Under the pieces are notes generated by a model. The model had not been told where the DNA came from, searched no databases, and saw only the letters and a list, made by a program, of their open reading frames with translations. Below, piece by piece: positions 51,296 to 61,117 of a DNA stretch of 64,000 nucleotides. Source of the DNA: an uncultured Alphaproteobacteria bacterium (GTDB lineage: Bacteria > Pseudomonadota > Alphaproteobacteria > Thalassobaculales > Thalassobaculaceae); NCBI GenBank assembly GCA_937776645.1, contig CALMRI010000010.1:4226-68225 (forward strand), given 5' to 3'. The stretch's first letter is position 1. The number at the start of each line of letters is the position of its first letter. Position numbers and translations under genes: made by a program.

Positions 51296-51534
51296 GCGCC
51301 AAGTCGGCGATTCAATTTTAACCGGCATTTCCCATTTGGAATGTCTCCGGCTAGCTGATCCGCGATAAGTTTGACGGCTAAGCCAGTCAGGTCAAGAGCA
51401 TCGCCCGACTCGCGGTGCAGCAGCAAACCGCCATCCGAACTGATCGCTGGGCCCCGGAACAGAAATCTCACTGAAGGATCAAATTGCAGCCGCAACGGGC
51501 CTGATTTTGCTTCGCCCATCGCGTTCGCCATCAA
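51296..51534 (-). mobile_element. IS1380-family-like transposase N-terminal stub
   Basis: LRLQFDPSVRFLFRGPAISSDGGLLLHRESGDALDLTGL resembles the conserved (T/S)SDAGLLLLRE N-terminus of IS1380-type transposases. The rest of the gene is absent. Confidence 0.5.
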
Positions 51535-51599
51535 ACCCCGGCTCCGTCTCTCTTAAGTCACTGACTTTACGATATTAACCGAGCTTCGTGCCGAGTAAA

Positions 51600-51830
51600 G
51601 ACCACATTCATATGGGTATCCGGGCTAAAACGACTTTGACTCGATCTTATCGAATGAAATGCCGGCGTCGATCTCGGGGATAAATTTGTTAAATGGGAGC
51701 GGTTTTACAACCTCGCCAGACCACACGGCGCCCACAACGGAAAGGTACCTTACGAGGCGCTCAGGGAAAGCTATAATTCGTCCTGTCCGTGTCTCGATCG
51801 TTCGTTCAGGTTACAGGCGGCACTAATAAG
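51600..51830 (+). mobile_element. DDE integrase-core (IS481/IS3-like) transposase C-terminal stub with internal stops
   Basis: DLGDKFVKWERFYNLARPHGAHNGKVPYEALRES matches the W..YN..RPH...G..P tail. In-frame TGA codons lie upstream and no catalytic core is present. Confidence 0.5.
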
Positions 51831-51833
51831 CCC

Positions 51834-51917
51834 GGGCTGGACCGCGAGGGTTCGAAATACGGCATGGATGAGTATACCGAGTTGAAATACATCCTGATGG
51901 ACGACCTCGACGACTAA
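51834..51917 (+). pseudogene. aldehyde/succinate-semialdehyde dehydrogenase C-terminal stub (27 codons)
   Basis: GLDREGSKYGMDEYTELKYILMDDLDD* matches the ALDH tail (G.GREGSKYG..EY.E.KY). Nothing from the rest of the gene lies upstream. Confidence 0.55.
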
Positions 51918-51973
51918 AGCGTGACTTGTGATTTTAGGAATAGCCGCCGAGGCCGTCGGACAGGGTCCCTCGG

Positions 51974-52900
51974 CTAACTTTCGTGGGCGGGCGCGACGTT
52001 GGGTATGCCGGCCATCAAGGAACCGGGTACGGTCTCGATCAACTCGTCGACCGTGAACATGCCGCCATCGTCATACTTGTGCATCGACCGCGATACCTCG
52101 CCGAAATAGTAGGTGTGGATGCGTGATTTTTCGGCGTGGAATAGTTGCCCGTTTACCTCAGCGGCAGCGTCGGTACAGAGATAGGCGACGATCGGTGGCA
52201 CGAACTCCGGCCCCGGCATGGCCATGCGGCCATCGTATTCCGCTTGCGTCAGCAAACCGCTCTCCAGGCGCCGTTTCCAGCCGGCGATGACGGCGTCATT
52301 GACGGTCATGCGTGTCGCCGCCATCGGGCAGATAGCGTTGGCGGTGATCCCGTAACGCCCACACTCCCGCGCGATCGATCTCGTAAGGCCGATAATGCCG
52401 GCTTTCGCCGCCGCGTAGTTGCACTGTCCGATCGAGCCCTTGAAGGCGTCGGAAGAAAAATTGACGATCCGGCCGAAGCGCGCGGCGCGCATTGGCTTGA
52501 TGGCATGGTGGCACATGTTCCAGTGCCCCTTCAGATGCACGTTGATGACAGAATCGAAGTCATCCTCGGACATATTCCAGATCATCCGCTCACGCAGCAT
52601 GCCGGCGACGTTCACCACGAAGTCGATCTTGCCGAATGTTTCGGTGCATTGAAGGACCATGAGGCCGGCCGCTTCATACTCGGTAACGGATGAAGTGTTG
52701 GCGACCGCCATGCCGCCGGTGCTTTTGATCTCGTCAACGACATCGTCCGCCGGATGGCCGCCCTCGGCCTCGCCACTCCGACCGACGCCAGGGTCGTTAA
52801 CGACCACGCTGGCGCCCTCATTGGCTAGTAACCGCGCAACCTCGCGCCCTATGCCGCGACCGGCGCCGGTCACGATGCCGACTTTTCCTTCTAGGTTCAT
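51974..52900 (-). CDS. SDR-family oxidoreductase (hydroxyacyl-CoA dehydrogenase-like, 308 aa)
   Basis: GKVGIVTGAGRGIGREVA and YAAAKAGIIGLT motifs. AGGAGG lies upstream of the ATG at 52900. Confidence 0.8.
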   Translation of the reverse strand: MNLEGKVGIVTGAGRGIGREVARLLANEGASVVVNDPGVGRSGEAEGGHPADDVVDEIKSTGGMAVANTSSVTEYEAAGLMVLQCTETFGKIDFVVNVAGMLRERMIWNMSEDDFDSVINVHLKGHWNMCHHAIKPMRAARFGRIVNFSSDAFKGSIGQCNYAAAKAGIIGLTRSIARECGRYGITANAICPMAATRMTVNDAVIAGWKRRLESGLLTQAEYDGRMAMPGPEFVPPIVAYLCTDAAAEVNGQLFHAEKSRIHTYYFGEVSRSMHKYDDGGMFTVDELIETVPGSLMAGIPNVAPAHES

Positions 52901-53213
52901 TGGGTGTCCTCCTGTGTTATCCATCTCCGGCGTGCCGGGGGTAGTGGCGCGTCCCGCCCGAGCATGGCCATCTCGCGCCACGAGGTCGAGACCAATGCGC
53001 AGGGCGGTCCAATTGCACGGCAAAAGGCATTTCCGGCGACAGGACCCTGCCTTCCAAGTGCGGATCGTTCGGGGGTGTCAATGTTGATCGAGCTAACGTA
53101 CATCCTGACGGGGCATGGATGACATGCGCGTTAGGGGGGCTTGGATCGGCTGGGTGGAGCGCCTTAGGCTCGATGCGGATGATCCACTGAACAGCACTTC
53201 AAGGAGCTGGATA

Positions 53214-54593
53214 ATGGCCAACTACGACTACGATCTCATTACCATTGGCGCCGGCTCCGGCGGCGTGCGTGCCTCGCGCATGGCAGGGTTCTATGGGGCG
53301 AAAGTCGCGACCATCGAGGAAGTGCGGGAAGGCGGCACCTGCGTTCTGCGCGGCTGTGTGCCCAAGAAGCTCTTGGTCTATGGGAGCCATGTATCCGAGG
53401 AAGTCGAGGATGCCGCTGGATACGGCTGGACGATCAAAGGCCTTAGCCATGATTGGGCGGCGTTGATCGACGCCAAGGATCGGGAGCTTGACCGGCTACA
53501 TGGGATCTACGTCAAGCTGTTGGAGAACGCTGGCGTTGACCGTTATCACGGGCGAGGCACGGTGGTTGATGCACATACCGTCGCGGTCGGCGACAAGCGG
53601 TTGACGGCCGAGCGGATCCTGATCGCGGTTGGCGGTTGGCCGACCATGCCGGACGTTCCGGGGATCGAAAACGCCATCTCCTCGAACGAGGCGTTGGACC
53701 TGCGCGAGCATCCCAAGCGTATCGTCGTGGTCGGTTCCGGTTATATCGCGGTGGAGTTCGCCGGGATCTACAATGGCTATGGCTCCAAGGTCGACCTGGT
53801 GTTTCGCGCTGATAAGGTGCTGCGTGGCTTTGACGAGGATGTCCGCGACACGCTGACCGACGAGATGGCCAAGAAAGGTATCAATATCGTCGCCAAGACC
53901 CTGCCGGAGCGGATCGAGAAAACCGGGTCGGGGGTTCGGGTGCATCTCAACAACGGCGAGGTTATCGAGGCTGACCAGATCATGTACGCTACCGGTCGGG
54001 CACCTAATACCAAAGGGCTTGGCCTGGAGGAAGTCGGGGTTGAGCTGACCCGCAACGGCGCCGTCAAGGTCGATGAATGGAGCCAGTCGAGTGCCCTCAG
54101 CATTTACGCGGTGGGTGATGTGACCGACCGGATCAACCTTACCCCGGTCGCTATTGCCGAGGGCCGGTGCTTCGCCGAGACGCTGTATAATAACAACCCG
54201 ATGTCGGCTGATCATGCCGATGTGCCGAGCGCGGTGTTCAGCCAACCACCGATTGGCTCGGTCGGCCTACCAGAGCATGAAGCGCGTGAGAAATACGGTG
54301 AGATCGACGTTTATGTCGCCGGGTTCCGACCGATGAAATACACGCTGACCAACAATACCGAGCGCGGTATGCAGAAGCTGATTGTCGACCGGGCCTCACA
54401 GCGGGTGGTCGGTGCGCATATGATCGGTGTCGACGCGGCCGAGATTATCCAAGGGATCGGTATTGCGGTGAAGATGAGGGCCACGAAAGCGGATTTCGAC
54501 GCCACGGTCGGTATTCATCCGACGGCAGCCGAGGAGTTTGTCACGATGCGCGACAAGCGACCCGAACCCGCGGGGGCGAAGGCGGCGGAATAG
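53214..54593 (+). CDS. gor: glutathione-disulfide reductase
   Basis: YDYDLITIGAGSGGVRASR, redox-active GGTCVLRGCVPKK and the C-terminal HPTAAEE motif. Confidence 0.85.
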   Translation: MANYDYDLITIGAGSGGVRASRMAGFYGAKVATIEEVREGGTCVLRGCVPKKLLVYGSHVSEEVEDAAGYGWTIKGLSHDWAALIDAKDRELDRLHGIYVKLLENAGVDRYHGRGTVVDAHTVAVGDKRLTAERILIAVGGWPTMPDVPGIENAISSNEALDLREHPKRIVVVGSGYIAVEFAGIYNGYGSKVDLVFRADKVLRGFDEDVRDTLTDEMAKKGINIVAKTLPERIEKTGSGVRVHLNNGEVIEADQIMYATGRAPNTKGLGLEEVGVELTRNGAVKVDEWSQSSALSIYAVGDVTDRINLTPVAIAEGRCFAETLYNNNPMSADHADVPSAVFSQPPIGSVGLPEHEAREKYGEIDVYVAGFRPMKYTLTNNTERGMQKLIVDRASQRVVGAHMIGVDAAEIIQGIGIAVKMRATKADFDATVGIHPTAAEEFVTMRDKRPEPAGAKAAE

Positions 54594-54887
54594 GTTTTTG
54601 CGGGCGTGTGAGGGATAACGCGCGCGCCCGCGCCCGACAAAGCCGTCACCGATAAAGCCATGGACCGTTCCGTGGCCTTCTGGTATCGATCGCCCGCACT
54701 TGGTTGCACTGGAATTGACCGGATACCGACGATGTTCTCGCGTAGGAATTTTGTAATTTTGGGCCTGCCGGCCTTTATGGCGGTGGAAATCTGTCGACGC
54801 TGATCTCAGCGTATTTGCGCTCGCGCGCATTGTTCAGTGCCTTTTCCACGCAACCAGACAGAGGGTCCCAGACCGGGTCTTAGCGCA

Positions 54888-56273
54888 ATGGCTCTCGCTT
54901 TTCACAACACTCTGACGCGCCGCAAGGAAGCGTTCCAGCCAATCGATCCGAACCATGTCCGGATCTATGTCTGTGGCCCAACGGTCTATGATTACGCGCA
55001 CATAGGCAACGCCCGACCGGTCGTCGCCTTCGATGTGCTGTACCGGCTGCTGCGCCATCTGTATCCGCGGGTCACCTATGTCCGGAACATCACCGACATT
55101 GATGACAAGATCAACGCCCGCGCCGCTGTGTCCGGCAAGACGATCCGTGAAGTGACCGACGTGACCGCCCGGGTCTTTCAGGAGGACATGGTCAACATTG
55201 GCGCCTTGCCCCCGGATCACGAGCCGCGCGCGACCGAGCATGTCGCGGCGATGATCGCGATGACCGAGACCCTGATCACCAAGGACCACGCCTATGCCGC
55301 CGAGGGTCATATTCTGTTCAACGTGCCGTCGATGGCGGAATACGGCGAACTGTCGCGGCGCAATCGCGACGAGCAGATCGACGGGGCTCGGGTCGAGGTG
55401 GCGCCCTATAAGCGCGACCCGGCCGATTTCGTGCTGTGGAAACCCTCGGACGCCGATACGCCGGGCTGGCAGAGCCCCTGGGGTTTCGGCCGCCCCGGCT
55501 GGCATATCGAATGCTCGGCGATGAGCCAGAGTTATCTCGGCGAGGTTTTCGATATCCATGGCGGCGGGCTGGATTTGATCTTTCCGCACCACGAAAACGA
55601 GATCGCCCAGTCCCGCTGCGCCTTCGGAACGGCGGGAATGGCCAATGTCTGGATGCATAACGGCTTTGTCACTGTCGAGGGTGAAAAGATGTCAAAATCG
55701 CTTGGCAACTTCTACACCGTGCACGACCTGCTTGAGGAATGGCCGGGTGAGGTCATTCGCTATGCCTTGTTGGCGGCGCATTACCGGGCGCCGCTAGATT
55801 ACTCCAAGCAAGGTCTCACGGAGGCCAAGGCGGCTCTCGACCGGCTGTATCAGGCGCTGCGCGGCCCCCGCGAGGTGGGCTATCCGGTGAGTGGCGCCGG
55901 CGTGCTGGCGGCGCAAGTCGTGGCGGCATTGTCAGACGACCTCAACACCCCTTTGGCGATCTCCAAGCTGCATGAGATGGCCGGGGTGGTGAACAAATCA
56001 GCTGACGCTGTGGAGCAGGCGGCGGTACGGACGGCGATGCTGACCTCCGCCAAGCTGCTGGGCCTGTTGTGGAGTGACCCCGAGGTCTGGTTCCGGGGTG
56101 GTGCGGGCGTGGACGATCTCGACGAGGTCAAGATCCAACACCTCATCGAAGCCCGGACGACGGCCCGCACGTCGAAGGATTTTGCTGAAGCTGACCGGGT
56201 ACGGGACACACTGAAGGCCATGGGCGTGGTGCTGGAAGACGGCGCCGGCGGGACGATGTGGAAGCGGGGTTGA
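54888..56273 (+). CDS. cysS: cysteine--tRNA ligase
   Basis: [18 protein letters not shown] (HIGH) and KMSKSLGN (KMSKS). Confidence 0.92.
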   Translation: MALAFHNTLTRRKEAFQPIDPNHVRIYVCGPTVYDYAHIGNARPVVAFDVLYRLLRHLYPRVTYVRNITDIDDKINARAAVSGKTIREVTDVTARVFQEDMVNIGALPPDHEPRATEHVAAMIAMTETLITKDHAYAAEGHILFNVPSMAEYGELSRRNRDEQIDGARVEVAPYKRDPADFVLWKPSDADTPGWQSPWGFGRPGWHIECSAMSQSYLGEVFDIHGGGLDLIFPHHENEIAQSRCAFGTAGMANVWMHNGFVTVEGEKMSKSLGNFYTVHDLLEEWPGEVIRYALLAAHYRAPLDYSKQGLTEAKAALDRLYQALRGPREVGYPVSGAGVLAAQVVAALSDDLNTPLAISKLHEMAGVVNKSADAVEQAAVRTAMLTSAKLLGLLWSDPEVWFRGGAGVDDLDEVKIQHLIEARTTARTSKDFAEADRVRDTLKAMGVVLEDGAGGTMWKRG

Positions 56274-56464
56274 AGTGAGCCTATTCTTGCTAAGCGGACA
56301 TCCATCAACATCGTGAGGCCCTGCGAAATCGTCAGGCCTATTTTGGTGCCTTTAATGGCGTACCGCCGTCGCTTGCTGACCACTTCAACTTCCACTGCCT
56401 CTTCCCATCCTCCCCCATTCCCGCTAGAACCCGCGCACCCCATTCCGGCAGGGATTCCAGCGTC

Positions 56465-56983
56465 ATGAGCGATGACAATCGCCTGTATCTTTTCGACACC
56501 ACATTACGCGACGGCCAACAGACTGGTGGCGTCGACTTTAACGTTGCCGACAAGGCGGCGATCCCGCGGGCGCTCGACGAGATTGACATCGGTTACATTG
56601 AGGGCGGTTGGCCGGGCGCGAATCCGACGGATAACCGCTTCTTCGCCGCGCCGCTGGAATTGACCCAGGTCAAGCTCGTAGCGTTTGGGGTCACCCGGCG
56701 ACCAGGACGCAGTACCGAGAATGATCCGGGCTTGGCCGAGGTGCTAGCGGCCAAGGCGCAGGCGGTCTGTCTGGTGGGCAAGGCCTGGGGTTTTCATGTC
56801 GATGTGGCGCTGGAGATCGAGCGCGACGCGATCACCCGCCTGATGATCGAAAGTGGTGATGACGAAGGCACGTGGACCACGATCGGTGCCTCGGCGAACA
56901 TGATTGGCACCTCGATTAACGCGCTATCGGACGGTCTGGCCTACAAGCTGATGAAGGACGGCGTAAGCGCCGTCGAAGCCTGA
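56465..56983 (+). pseudogene. citramalate/2-isopropylmalate synthase remnant with a large in-frame internal deletion (172 aa)
   Basis: The N-terminal 120 aa (LYLFDTTLRDGQQTGGVDF...CLVGKAWGFHVDVALEIERD) join directly to the regulatory-domain tail (RLMIESGDDEGTWTTIGASANMIGTSINALSDGLAYKL). About 350 aa of the catalytic barrel are missing. Confidence 0.7.
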
Positions 56984-57778
56984 TTGATGGCCGGCACCAA
57001 TCGCAGCCGCGGCATCGAAGGCGCCGAACAGCGAGGCCCGGCCATCATCTTGGTCGAACCGCAGCTTGGCGACAATATAGGGGCGGCGGCCCGGGCAATG
57101 TTGAATTGCGGGCTGATGGATATGCGGCTCGTTCAGCCCCGCGATGGCTGGCCCAATCCCAGGGCCGAGGCGATGGCTTCCGGCGCGCTGGTGGTGCTCG
57201 ATCAGGCCAGGGTCTATCAAAGTACGGCCGAGGCGGTGGCGGAGCTTGATCTGGTGCTGGCGACTACGGCGCGCGAGCGGGATGTCTCCAGGGACGTGTT
57301 GACACCGCGCGCGGCGGCGGAACGGCTGCATCTCCATACAGCCAAGGGCGGCAAGACGGGGATCCTCTTTGGGCCGGAGCGCGCCGGGCTGGTCAATGAC
57401 GACGCCATTCTGGCCGATGCGGTAATCAATGTACCGCTGAACCCGGGTTTCTCATCGCTTAACCTGGCCCAAGCGGTGCTTTTGGTCGGCTATGAGTGGT
57501 ATCAGGCCTACGCGCCACAGGACTCCGAGACCACATGGGGTGACGCGCCGCCGGCGACGGTGGAACAGCGAGAGTATTTTTTCACCCGCCTCGAGGAGGA
57601 AATGGACACAGCGGGTTTCCTGTTTCCGCCGCATCTGGCGCCGACCATCCGCCGCAACATCCGCGCCATGTTCACCCGCGCGAACCTCACCGATCAGGAG
57701 GTCCGTACCATGCACGGGGTTTTGAGTGCGCTAATCAAACCGCGCAATCGCAACGCAGATAACGACACCTCGCAATAG
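56984..57778 (+). CDS. SpoU/TrmH-class RNA 2'-O-methyltransferase (TrmJ-like)
   Basis: IILVEPQLGDNIGAAARAMLNCG, ILFGPERAGL and SLNLAQAV motifs. Confidence 0.75.
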   Translation: MMAGTNRSRGIEGAEQRGPAIILVEPQLGDNIGAAARAMLNCGLMDMRLVQPRDGWPNPRAEAMASGALVVLDQARVYQSTAEAVAELDLVLATTARERDVSRDVLTPRAAAERLHLHTAKGGKTGILFGPERAGLVNDDAILADAVINVPLNPGFSSLNLAQAVLLVGYEWYQAYAPQDSETTWGDAPPATVEQREYFFTRLEEEMDTAGFLFPPHLAPTIRRNIRAMFTRANLTDQEVRTMHGVLSALIKPRNRNADNDTSQ

Positions 57779-57800
57779 AAGTCACACGGAGCGATAGGCC

Positions 57801-58523
57801 TCAAACGGGAATTTTTTGCTTGCGCTTAACCAACATTTTGAGGGCTTCCACGATCACCGAGAAGCCGACCGCGCAATAGAGATATCCGCGTGGAACGTGG
57901 AAATGCAGGCCGTCGGCGATCAACGCCATTCCAACCAGCAGCAAAAACGACAAGGCCAGCATTTTGGCCGTCGGGTGGGTGCTGATGAAGCGGCTGATCG
58001 GCCCGGATGCCGACACCATGACCACCATTGCCAAAATCACCGCGGCGATCATTACCCATAGATGCTCTGCCATGCCAACCGCGGTGACAACCGAATCAAT
58101 TAAAAATACCAAGTCCAGCACGATGATCTGTCCAACGATGGCGGCGAAGCTCACGGTCGCGCCCCCGCCCCCGCCCTCGCGCTCCACCTCGCCCTCGACG
58201 GTGCCATGGATCTCGCTGGTGCCTTTGTAGATCAGGAACAGGCCGCCGGCGATCAGGGTCAGATCGCGCCAGGACACGTCCTGGTTAAGAATGCTGATGA
58301 TCGGTTCGGTCAGCCCGACGATCCAGGCGATCATCGATAGAAAAACCAGTCTAAGCGCCAATGCCGCCCCAAGCCCGATCCGCCGCGCATTGGGACGTTG
58401 GGCCGCGGGAAGCCGGTTGGCGACGATCGAGACAAAGATGACATTGTCGATGCCGAGCACTATCTCCAGCAAGGTCAAGGTCAGCAGGCTGGCTCAGATT
58501 GTTGGGTCGCTCATCCACGCCAT
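57801..58523 (-). pseudogene. TerC-family membrane protein with an opal codon at codon 10
   Basis: GAGGAG-N6-ATG at 58523, then MAWMSDPTI-TGA(58494-58496)-ASLLTLTLLEIVLGIDNVIFVSI. The remaining 225 codons are intact and could restart at TTG 58478. Confidence 0.7.
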
Positions 58524-58746
58524 CGAGGGCTCCTCACCGAGGTAATTCTTCGGACTTTTCCGCGTTGATATTCTTAACTCGACAAAAGTCCAAGGACGAG
58601 CACCGATTTCTCCCGTCAGTGTTTGACTTTCCCGGCGCGAAGCCTATAGTGCGCCGCTTATTTCCGGGAACGTGGGGTGCTTGAAACGAGGCATCCCCGG
58701 CCAGCGGGTCCTACCGGGACAAAAACAATGGATCTTGGAGTCCACG

Positions 58747-59364
58747 ATGGGTAATCGCATCGCCGCGAAGCATAAGATCGACCGCCGTTTGGGCGTCAAT
58801 CTCTGGGGTCGCCCCAAATCACCGTACAACAAACGCGAATATGGTCCGGGCCAGCACGGTCAGCGCCGCCGCAAGCCGTCTGTTTTTGGCATTCAGCTGA
58901 TGGCGAAGCAGAAGCTGAAGGGCTATTACGGCAATATCGGCGAGAAGCAGTTCCGCAAATACTATCGCGAGGCCGTGCGCCGTCGGGGTGATACCGGTGA
59001 GAATTTGGTTGGCATCCTTGAGTGCCGCCTTGACGCCGTGATCTATCGGATGAAGTTTGTGCCGACCGTGTTTGGCGCGCGTCAATTCGTCAGCCACGGC
59101 CATGTCAGTGTCAACGGCCGCCGCGTCACCATCCCCTCGTTTGTTTGCAAGGCAGGCGACGTGGTTTCGGTCAAGGAAAAGTCACGGGAAATCCCGATGG
59201 TAATCGAAGCCGTCGCCTCCTCGGAGCGCGATGCGCCTGATTATGTCCAGGTCGACTTTGCCAAGATGACCGGGACGTTCGTGCGCGAGCCGAAGCTTGA
59301 GGATGTGCCCTACCCGGTGCAGATGGAACCGAACTTGGTTGTTGAGTTTTATTCCCGCACCTAG
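58747..59364 (+). CDS. rpsD: 30S ribosomal protein S4
   Basis: [31 protein letters not shown]...[12 protein letters not shown]. Confidence 0.95.
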   Translation: MGNRIAAKHKIDRRLGVNLWGRPKSPYNKREYGPGQHGQRRRKPSVFGIQLMAKQKLKGYYGNIGEKQFRKYYREAVRRRGDTGENLVGILECRLDAVIYRMKFVPTVFGARQFVSHGHVSVNGRRVTIPSFVCKAGDVVSVKEKSREIPMVIEAVASSERDAPDYVQVDFAKMTGTFVREPKLEDVPYPVQMEPNLVVEFYSRT

Positions 59365-59385
59365 TTGGTGCGACTGAATCTACCG

Positions 59386-59426
59386 AACGCCCGCGCTTGT
59401 CGCGGGCGTTTGCGATGCTTTTTTAA
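59386..59426 (+). terminator. terminator candidate after rpsD
   Basis: aacgcccgcg-cttgt-cgcgggcgtt forms a 10-bp stem. The T6 run follows only after an 8-nt spacer. Confidence 0.5.
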
Positions 59427-59664
59427 GACATACAACGCTAGCTTCGACTCACGAGAAATTATCGACTTGTTGTCACCCATTATGTCGGCCCATGAGCGTA
59501 TCGGCGGCAGCTGGGCGCAGCGCTACTTGATCGAATACACTCTGGTCGCGGCGCTTCTAAGGGTCGGGCGCGCCGACGGTGCTCGCCTGATGCTTGCCGC
59601 CCGGCGGCCGATTAAGATCGCGTCCCCGGCGCTAGCCGGATTGGCTACCTAAACCCGGCGTTGG

Positions 59665-60156
59665 TTAGACGATCAGCCTGGCTAGGCCTTCGACGATCTC
59701 GGTGTTTGGGGTTCGGGAAAGTAACTCCGGCGGGACCTTCAGCTTCGAGGAGCGGTTGCCACCGCCGAGAATCACGAAGGTGCGCCGCATAACGTCGCCA
59801 TCGATCCACAACGGCAGATCCTTCGGCAGGGCCAGCGCAGTGACGCCGCCGATCTCCATCCCAGTCACCGTCTTGGTCTCTTCGGCGCTGGCGAAGGACA
59901 CTTTGCGGGCACCGAGTTTCTTTCTGACGGTGTGATTGACGTCGAGCCGATGAGTCGCCAGCACGACGCAGGCGGCAAACTTGGCCTCGCCGGTCTTTGA
60001 GCGAACCACAATAGTATTGGCCGAATCAGCCGGCTCAACACCATAGCGTTCACAAAACACCGTCGTGTCCGCTAGATCCGGATCGCAATCCCAGACCTCG
60101 AAATCAAGGCCCGAGGCCTCTAGGATGGTGCGGATTTTGGGCAGGGTGTCGGTCAT
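59665..60156 (-). CDS. YbaK/aminoacyl-tRNA editing (deacylase) domain protein
   Basis: 163 aa, with KTGEAKFAACVVLATHRLDVN..VTGMEIGGVT..VILGGGNRSSKL typical of YbaK/ProX-like trans-editing domains. Confidence 0.7.
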   Translation of the reverse strand: MTDTLPKIRTILEASGLDFEVWDCDPDLADTTVFCERYGVEPADSANTIVVRSKTGEAKFAACVVLATHRLDVNHTVRKKLGARKVSFASAEETKTVTGMEIGGVTALALPKDLPLWIDGDVMRRTFVILGGGNRSSKLKVPPELLSRTPNTEIVEGLARLIV

Positions 60157-60186
60157 AGCTGACTCTCAATTGAGCGTGAGGTGGCC

Positions 60187-60651
60187 CTATTCCGGCGTTG
60201 GCACTGGCGCCGGTGGGTTGGCCTGACGATCGCGTTCGATGATTCCGAGCAATAGGGCGGCAAGGCCGAACAGAGTGAGCCAGATCGCCCTGGTCCAAGG
60301 CACGAACAGTTCGATGGAGAGAATTCGGTTGGGGGTGTCGCGCAGATACAGTACCGGGAAGGTAACCCCGGGCGTCAGATGGCGTCGATCAGACTCAAGA
60401 ATACCGTGCACCTTGCCCTCTGGCAGATCGAGGAGACGGACGGCGTAGCGGGCATAATCGTCCGATGGGGCCTCGACCGAGATAATCTGGGCGTCGCTCA
60501 CACTGGCGCCGGTCAGAAACGCGACATGGTGTTGGCCGAAGAACAGGGCGCCGGCAAAGGCCAGACCCGCGACAACAAGCAACATCGTCGGGGTCGGTTT
60601 GAGCAACCGCTTGACGAAGGAAAGCCGTAGGGGAACTTCCGAGGGCGCCAT
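60187..60651 (-). CDS. hypothetical two-TM membrane protein
   Basis: TM, a beta-rich middle region, then TM. The start is uncertain (ORF extends to 60741). No motif recognised. Confidence 0.4.
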   Translation of the reverse strand: MAPSEVPLRLSFVKRLLKPTPTMLLVVAGLAFAGALFFGQHHVAFLTGASVSDAQIISVEAPSDDYARYAVRLLDLPEGKVHGILESDRRHLTPGVTFPVLYLRDTPNRILSIELFVPWTRAIWLTLFGLAALLLGIIERDRQANPPAPVPTPE

Positions 60652-60742
60652 GGCCGGGCAATCCACCTGTTGAGTTACATTAATCGAATATCGAAAGGGC
60701 CGCGCGACGGCGGCCCCTCCTAATAGCGTTTTGCGCCACACC

Positions 60743-61084
60743 TTAAGCGTTGACGGCGGCGGTGACGCCTTTTTGCTCCAGCAGGTCGGTCAGCTCGCCG
60801 GTTTCGTACATCTCGCGGATAATGTCGCAACCGCCGACGAACTCCCCCTTTACATAGAGCTGCGGAATCGTTGGCCAGTCGGAGAACGACTTGATTCCGT
60901 CGCGGACTGCCGGATCCTCAAGCACGTTGAGAGTGCTAAATTTGATCCCCAGATGGGTCAGAACCTGAACCACGGCGGCGGAGAAACCACATTGCGGGAA
61001 AACCGGCGTGCCCTTCATGAACAAGAACACGTCGGAACCATTGACCTCGGTCTGGATGCGTTCGCGCGTTGCGTCGTCAAGCAT
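60743..61084 (-). CDS. grxD: monothiol glutaredoxin (Grx4 family)
   Basis: FMKGTPVFPQCGFS active site. Confidence 0.9.
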   Translation of the reverse strand: MLDDATRERIQTEVNGSDVFLFMKGTPVFPQCGFSAAVVQVLTHLGIKFSTLNVLEDPAVRDGIKSFSDWPTIPQLYVKGEFVGGCDIIREMYETGELTDLLEQKGVTAAVNA

Positions 61085-61117
61085 AGTGAATGTCCCCAGA
61101 GATTTCTGTTTCGGGCG

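Noticed and set aside
39482-58496. Stop-codon reassignment or readthrough (TAG or TGA read as sense) as the explanation for the in-frame stops
   Set aside because: TAG terminates intact genes here, such as the formylglutamate amidohydrolase at 6374-6376 and cinA at 9016-9018. TGA terminates metY (36865-36867). The affected genes also carry frameshifts or neighbour other broken genes. Ordinary nonsense mutations are the simpler reading.
58524-58700. yybP-ykoY Mn riboswitch in the TerC leader
   Set aside because: There is only a weak resemblance (GGGAGAAAUC against the remembered GGGGAGUAGC core). The four-way-junction consensus could not be traced by eye. It is kept as a check under the TerC finding, not as a feature.
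59365-59652. 95-aa ORF immediately after rpsD
   Set aside because: The start codon lies inside the rpsD terminator region, there is no Shine-Dalgarno, and no motif was recognised. It could be another gene relic, but I cannot support it.
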